Of a stretch of DNA of 64,000 nucleotides, positions 58,583-64,000 are shown in pieces; the first letter of the stretch is position 1, and every line of letters begins with the position of its first letter. The translations under genes and the position numbers were made by a program. Under the pieces are notes generated by a model. The model was not told the DNA's origin. It saw nothing but the letters and a program-made list of their open reading frames with translations, and did not search any database. Source of the DNA: Bacillota bacterium (GTDB taxonomy: Bacteria; Bacillota; JAAYKD01); assembly GCA_963666425.2 (NCBI GenBank), contig OY762825.2:992001-1056000 (forward strand), in the 5' to 3' direction.

Positions 58583-59520
58583 CGTTCCTTGCGGGCTGCC
58601 ATGGCAATCCATTCCCCTTCCTGCCTGATTTCCAACAGCGTCAACTGTGATGCCCGGATCGCAGCCGCGACATCTTCCTGACGGCCGGTAATAATACCGC
58701 TGGCTAATAAAACGCCTCCCGGCAGCAGCACGCGCTGCAAATCAGGCAGCATGGCAATAATAGCATTCGCCACAATATTGGCTGTGATCAACGCGACCGG
58801 TTGACGGACCTGATCGGTCAGATTACCATGGATCACCGTGACTTTTTCTGACAACTGATTGAGCTTGAGGTTATCTTTGGTGCTGGTCACTGCCTGTTCA
58901 TCCAAATCCACTGCAATCAAACTGCCGGCTCCCAGCAAGGCGGCGGCGATGGTCAGGATACCGGAGCCGCAGCCGACATCGAGAAAAGAACAGCCGGGCT
59001 GCAGATAATCTTCCAGGAGCTGCAGGCAAAGCCGCGTGGTCGGGTGGGTGCCGGTACCAAAGGCTAAACCCGGATCCAGGGCGATCTCCAATTCTCCCGG
59101 CGTTGGCTCGACCGCTTGCCAAACCGGCCGGATCAGCAGCCGCTTGCCAACCCGCAATGGTTTATAATAAGCTTTCCAGGCGGTTGCCCAGTCGTTATCC
59201 AAGACGATTTCGCTCTTGACGAGACAGGAACCTGCCTCGAGTCCATATTCCGGCAGACGCCGGACTGCCTGCTGAATTTGAATCACCGTCTCCGCCGCCC
59301 AGTCACTTTGCTGCAGCCAGGCTTTCACGATGACTTCTCCATTTGGGTCCGAGTTTTCCGGAAGTTCTACATAATCCCAGCTGCCAGGCTGCAGACTGCA
59401 TTCCAGCAAGGCGCGCGGGTCATCAATGGCCACTCCAGCGGCACCGGCATCCATCAGGATGGCTGAGACAGCTTCCACTGCCTCCCGGTTGACCGAGACT
59501 GCTACTTCAATCCATTCCAT
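58579..59520 (-). CDS. prmA: Ribosomal protein L11 methyltransferase
   Basis: DWATAWKAYY, LDPGLAFGTGTHPTT, LDVGCGSGIL, ANI. Confidence 0.96.
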   Translation of the reverse strand: MEWIEVAVSVNREAVEAVSAILMDAGAAGVAIDDPRALLECSLQPGSWDYVELPENSDPNGEVIVKAWLQQSDWAAETVIQIQQAVRRLPEYGLEAGSCLVKSEIVLDNDWATAWKAYYKPLRVGKRLLIRPVWQAVEPTPGELEIALDPGLAFGTGTHPTTRLCLQLLEDYLQPGCSFLDVGCGSGILTIAAALLGAGSLIAVDLDEQAVTSTKDNLKLNQLSEKVTVIHGNLTDQVRQPVALITANIVANAIIAMLPDLQRVLLPGGVLLASGIITGRQEDVAAAIRASQLTLLEIRQEGEWIAMAARKER

Positions 59521-59630
59521 CTACGCTCTCTCCTTTTCTCGTACAAAGCCAAAAAAGGCTGTTGTAAGACGATGCTTCAAAATCACGTTTTGTGATTTCG
59601 AACCATTGCTTTGCAACAGCCCCTTTCTAT

Positions 59631-60785
59631 TTAATTGCTTTTGAATTTGTCCTTCATCTTATCGAAAAAGCTTTTTCCGGCAGACAAAACCGATTCGTCC
59701 CCCATCGTCTGGGCAAATTGATACAAAGCTTCTTTCTGTTTATCGTTCAGCTTACGAGGGATATCCACCTTAACCTGCACCTGCATATCGCCTTTGCCAT
59801 AGCCGGTGAGAGAGGGGAAGCCTTTATCGCGTAAACGGAAGAAGGTATTCGGCTCGGTCCCTTCCGGTATCTTCAGGGTAGCCATCCCTTCCAGCGTCAT
59901 TGTTTTGATCTCGCCGCCCAGCACGGCTTGAGCGTAGCTGATCGTCGCTTCGCTGATCAGATCGTCGCCTTTACGGGAGAAATATTTGTGCGGAGTGACG
60001 GTAATCACAACATATAAATCCCCGTTGGGTCCGCCTTTTTCGCCCGGTTCACCTTCCCCAGTCAAGCGCAGCCGCCTGCCGTTCTCAATCCCAGCCGGTA
60101 CTTTCACTTTTACAGGACGGCGACGGCGGGTTTTCCCGCTGCCCTTACAATTGGGACAAGGTTCCTTGATCACTTTGCCTGTGCCGCCGCAGTGGCTGCA
60201 GGTTCTGACGCTCATCATATTGCCCAGCATCGTCCGCTGCACCGTTTGCACCTGTCCGCTGCCTTTGCAGACAGGACAAGTGTCTACCTGAGAACCCGGC
60301 TTGGCGCCGCTGCCGCCGCAGGTGGGACAATTTTCTTCTCGCTGCACCTGAACTTCTTTTTCCACGCCAAAATAACTTTCTTCAAAAGAAATGGTCAGAT
60401 TGATGCGCAAATCGTTGCCCTTGACGGGACCGTTACGCTGAGCGCTGCCGCGGCCACCCATACCACCGGAGAAAAAAGTATCGAAAATATCACTGATATC
60501 GCCGAAACCGCCGCCGTTAAATCCGCCGCCACCGGGAGCGCCGCCCATATTTTGTTCCTGATCAAAGGCCGCATGGCCGTATTGATCGTAGAGCGCGCGT
60601 TTCTGACTGTCGGAAAGCACATCATAGGCTTCTTTGACTTCTTTGAATTTTTCCGCCGTATTGGGATCATCAGGATTGGCATCCGGGTGCAGCTCCCGAG
60701 CCAGTTTGCGATAGGCTTTTTTAATTGCCGCCTCATCAGCACTTTTCTCAATGCCCAGCAGCTCATAATAATCTCGTTTTGCCAT
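59631..60785 (-). CDS. dnaJ: Chaperone DnaJ
   Basis: HPD motif, G/F region, four CxxCxGxG repeats. Confidence 0.98.
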   Translation of the reverse strand: MAKRDYYELLGIEKSADEAAIKKAYRKLARELHPDANPDDPNTAEKFKEVKEAYDVLSDSQKRALYDQYGHAAFDQEQNMGGAPGGGGFNGGGFGDISDIFDTFFSGGMGGRGSAQRNGPVKGNDLRINLTISFEESYFGVEKEVQVQREENCPTCGGSGAKPGSQVDTCPVCKGSGQVQTVQRTMLGNMMSVRTCSHCGGTGKVIKEPCPNCKGSGKTRRRRPVKVKVPAGIENGRRLRLTGEGEPGEKGGPNGDLYVVITVTPHKYFSRKGDDLISEATISYAQAVLGGEIKTMTLEGMATLKIPEGTEPNTFFRLRDKGFPSLTGYGKGDMQVQVKVDIPRKLNDKQKEALYQFAQTMGDESVLSAGKSFFDKMKDKFKSN

Positions 60786-60857
60786 AACCTCACACCCTTT
60801 AAGTAGCCCTGCCATGAGATCAGCCTCTCATTGCAGGGCTACACGTCATTGATTTAC

Positions 60858-62705
60858 TTAGTGCTTCGGATTCTTCGGATCGTCTTTGTCCACAACATAA
60901 TCGGCATCCACTACATTTTCATCCGCATCGTTGGGATTCTGATTCGGTGCCTGTCCTTCGGTGGCCTGAGAGGCCTGTTGTTGTTCGTAGACTTTGGAAG
61001 AGAGTTTATAGAGATGTTCGGTCAGTTCTTCGGAAGCTTTCTTAATTGCCTCTGCATCGCTGCCCTTCAGTGCGTCTTTCACCTTCTGGATGGCAGATTC
61101 TGCTTCGGCTTTTTCGGCAGCGGAAACCTTATCGCCCAAATCCTTCAAGCTTTTTTCGGTTTGGTAAACCTGATTGTCGGCTTGATTGCGAATTTCAATT
61201 TCTTCTTTGCGTTCTTTATCTTCGCCAGCGTGCAGTTCTGCTTCTTTGACCATCTTGTCGATCTGATCTTTGGAAAGATTCGTTGTTGCGGTAATCGTAA
61301 TATGCTGCTCTTTGCCGGTCCCCTGGTCTTTGGCTTTGACATTGGCAATGCCGTTGGCATCAATATCAAAAGTCACTTCGATCTTGGGTACACCGCGGGG
61401 TGCAGCTAAAATACCGTCCAGCATGAAACGCCCCAGTGTAGTGTTGCCGGCAGCCATTTCGCGTTCACCTTGCAGAATATGGATTTCCACAGAAGTTTGG
61501 CCATCGGCAGCCGTAGAGAAAATCTGACTCTTGGAGGTTGGAATCGTAGTATTACGGTCAATCAAACGGGTAAAGACACCACCCAGTGTTTCCAAACCCA
61601 TCGAAAGCGGAGTCACATCCAGCAATACCATGCCTTTGACTTCGCCGGCCAAGACACCGGCCTGGATAGCAGCACCTTCGGCGACTGCTTCATCAGGATT
61701 CACGCCTTTGAAGGGTTCTTTGCCTAAGGCTTTGCGAACGGCTTCCTGCACTGCGGGGATACGGGTCGAACCGCCGACCAAAACGACTTTGTCGATATCG
61801 CTGTTGGATAATCCGGCATCTTTCATCGCCTGATGGGTCGGACCCATGGTTTTTTCAACGAGATCTTCGGTTAGGGCATCAAATTTCGCCCGGGTCAGCG
61901 TCAAGTCCAAATGTTTCGGACCGGTCGCATCGGCCGTAATGAAAGGCAGGTTGATATTGGCAGATACAATACCAGACAATTCAACTTTGGCTTTCTCGGC
62001 TGCTTCTTTTAAACGCTGCAGAGCAGAACGGTCTTTGGCCAGATCAATGCCGCTGGTTTTTTTAAATTCAGCAACCATCCAATCCACCACGCGTTGATCA
62101 AAATCGTCGCCGCCCAGACGGGTGTTGCCGTTGGTCGCTTTGACTTCAACCAAACCTTCGCTGATTTCCAGAATGGAGACATCAAAGGTGCCGCCACCTA
62201 AGTCGAAAACCATGATGGTATGATCGTTTTCCTTATCCAGACCGTAAGCGAGAGCTGCCGCGGTTGGTTCGTTGATAATCCGCATGACTTCTAAACCGGC
62301 AATCGCGCCGGCATCTTTGGTGGCCTGGCGTTGAGAGTCGTTAAAGTAAGCAGGAACAGTGATCACTGCTTTGTCTACTTTTTCACCCAGGTAAGCTTCG
62401 GCATCCTCTTTCAATTTACGCAGAATCATGGCGGAAATTTCTTGCGGGGTATACGTCTTGCCTTCGATATTTACTTTGAAATTGCTGCCCATCTCACGTT
62501 TGATGGAACTGATCGTGTGGTCAGCATTGGTCACAGCCTGCCGTTTGGCAATTTGGCCAACCAGCCGTTCGTCGCCTTTGAAAGCGACGACAGAAGGAGT
62601 CAGGCGGCTGCCTTCCGCATTGGTGATGACAGTGGGTTGTCCGCCTTCCATGACCGCTACAACAGAATTGGTGGTTCCCAGATCGATACCGATAATTTTA
62701 CTCAT
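60858..62705 (-). CDS. dnaK: Chaperone DnaK
   Basis: [27 protein letters not shown], Gram-positive-type deletion. Confidence 0.99.
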   Translation of the reverse strand: MSKIIGIDLGTTNSVVAVMEGGQPTVITNAEGSRLTPSVVAFKGDERLVGQIAKRQAVTNADHTISSIKREMGSNFKVNIEGKTYTPQEISAMILRKLKEDAEAYLGEKVDKAVITVPAYFNDSQRQATKDAGAIAGLEVMRIINEPTAAALAYGLDKENDHTIMVFDLGGGTFDVSILEISEGLVEVKATNGNTRLGGDDFDQRVVDWMVAEFKKTSGIDLAKDRSALQRLKEAAEKAKVELSGIVSANINLPFITADATGPKHLDLTLTRAKFDALTEDLVEKTMGPTHQAMKDAGLSNSDIDKVVLVGGSTRIPAVQEAVRKALGKEPFKGVNPDEAVAEGAAIQAGVLAGEVKGMVLLDVTPLSMGLETLGGVFTRLIDRNTTIPTSKSQIFSTAADGQTSVEIHILQGEREMAAGNTTLGRFMLDGILAAPRGVPKIEVTFDIDANGIANVKAKDQGTGKEQHITITATTNLSKDQIDKMVKEAELHAGEDKERKEEIEIRNQADNQVYQTEKSLKDLGDKVSAAEKAEAESAIQKVKDALKGSDAEAIKKASEELTEHLYKLSSKVYEQQQASQATEGQAPNQNPNDADENVVDADYVVDKDDPKNPKH

Positions 62706-62755
62706 GTTTTAAACACTCCATTTCGTTTCTTTATTTTTTTTTACCAGAGAGATAC

Positions 62756-63376
62756 TTATTTATGGGCAACCTGCACCATCGCGGCGCGGATTACTTTCTC
62801 TTTCATTTTATAACCTTTACGCAAGACCATGGTGACTGTATTCTCTGCAACACCTTCTGTTGCTTCGCACTGCATCACGGCTTCATGCACATAGGGATCA
62901 AACACTTGGCCGAGCGACTCAATTTCCTGCAGTCCTTCTTTGGCCAGCACTTCCAGCAATTGACGATGAATCATCTGCACACCGGTTTTCAGGCTGTCGC
63001 AGTGCTCGCCTTCCGGCTGCGCTGCCGCCAAGGCACGTTCAAAATCATCCAAAATCGGCAAGAGAGCGCTCACTACCTTGACCGAAGCATATTGGTTCAA
63101 ATCCTCACGCTCTTTTTGGGTCCGGCGGCGGTAATTATCAAAATCGGCCTGCAGTCTCAGGTTAGATGCATCCAATTCTTTAACTTTCTCGGCATTTGCT
63201 AACAGCTGCTGCATTGCTTCCGCTGTCAGTATGACTGTTTGCTGTTCCGCTTTTTCTGATGCGTCAGTCTTTTCTGCCGCTTCCTCTGCCGCTGCTTTCT
63301 CTACCGTCGGTTCCGCCTGGCTTTCTTCCGGGTTTATGGCTTCTGTTTTCTTCTCTTCCTCCGGGCTGTGAAACAT
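62756..63376 (-). CDS. grpE: Nucleotide exchange factor GrpE
   Basis: RLQADFDNYRRR, LLPILDDFERA, FDPYVHEAV, KGY..VIRAAMVQV. Confidence 0.96.
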   Translation of the reverse strand: MFHSPEEEKKTEAINPEESQAEPTVEKAAAEEAAEKTDASEKAEQQTVILTAEAMQQLLANAEKVKELDASNLRLQADFDNYRRRTQKEREDLNQYASVKVVSALLPILDDFERALAAAQPEGEHCDSLKTGVQMIHRQLLEVLAKEGLQEIESLGQVFDPYVHEAVMQCEATEGVAENTVTMVLRKGYKMKEKVIRAAMVQVAHK

Positions 63377-63417
63377 TTTCTTCCATTCCTTTCTGAAACG
63401 ATTGCTTTTTTGCTGCA

Positions 63418-64000
63418 TTATGATGCCAATCCTTGCTGTTGCTGTGCCGACATTTCCGTTGGCGCCTGGTCGCGCTTCTTGATGATCGTATCGATCCGCA
63501 AAATAGCTTCCGCTACTTCACCGGCTGCTCTGAGCGCATACAACTTGACTAAAGTCGGATCCATGATGCCTTGCCGATACAAATCGGTCACTGCACCGCT
63601 GTCACAATCCAAGGTCAGACTGTCATTTTGCTGATTGGACTGTGCCGCCATGACTTCTTCTACTTTTTCCAAAGGATTAAAACCGGCGTTTTCGACAATT
63701 TGTGCCAAGGGACGCTTCAACGCTTCGACTACACAGTCCAAGCCATAGGCCGACATCCCTTTCAGGCTATCCCGCAGTTTCATAATCTCTCTGGCTGCTG
63801 TAATTTCAATGGCACCGCCACCCGGTACTACCCCACCACGGACGGCTGCCTGCACAGATGAAGCTGCATCCTTGGCAATTCGTTCGCGTTCTCCCACTAC
63901 TTCTGCGGTCGAAGCACCCACCAAGATGGTCGCGATCGCTTTTTGCTGACCGCCCATGACTCTTACCCAACCCATTTTTTCATCCAAACAAACCTGTTCG
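63418..64000 (-). CDS. Thermosome-like (group III) chaperonin, TCP-1/cpn60 family; 5' part outside the window
   Basis: ATILVGA, ERERIAKDAASS, GVVPGGGAIE, VENAGFNPLE, GIMDP..VK..AL.AAGEVAEAILRIDTII; located just upstream of grpE. Confidence 0.88.
   Translation of the reverse strand, partial: EQVCLDEKMGWVRVMGGQQKAIATILVGASTAEVVGERERIAKDAASSVQAAVRGGVVPGGGAIEITAAREIMKLRDSLKGMSAYGLDCVVEALKRPLAQIVENAGFNPLEKVEEVMAAQSNQQNDSLTLDCDSGAVTDLYRQGIMDPTLVKLYALRAAGEVAEAILRIDTIIKKRDQAPTEMSAQQQQGLAS

Overview
Chromosomal window from an anaerobic, amino-acid-fermenting Bacillota (Firmicutes) bacterium; most genes lie on the minus strand. Core and catabolic genes: corA, ackA, lgt-yvcK-rapZ, hypD with its activase, ilvE, apbE, coaD, hutU, sdaAB/sdaAA, patB, and a dnaK operon (thermosome-like group III chaperonin-grpE-dnaK-dnaJ-prmA-rsmE-mtaB). 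There are three accessory zones. (i) An AT-rich island at about 20.5-30.2 kb with two divergent paralogous ABC-exporter operons flanking an XRE regulator, IS debris and pseudogenes. (ii) A cassette-like array after hutU, where the hutU 3' end recurs three times at about 2.4 kb spacing and each interval carries one unrelated gene, with no recombinase nearby. (iii) An uncharacterised GlmL-like ATPase operon followed by an ECF sigma/anti-sigma locus whose putative promoter motif (GGAAAT-N16/17-CGTC) occurs three times. An unannotated leader-peptide/attenuator candidate precedes corA. No rRNA, tRNA or CRISPR array was recognised. All calls come from motif recognition by eye; no searches were run.
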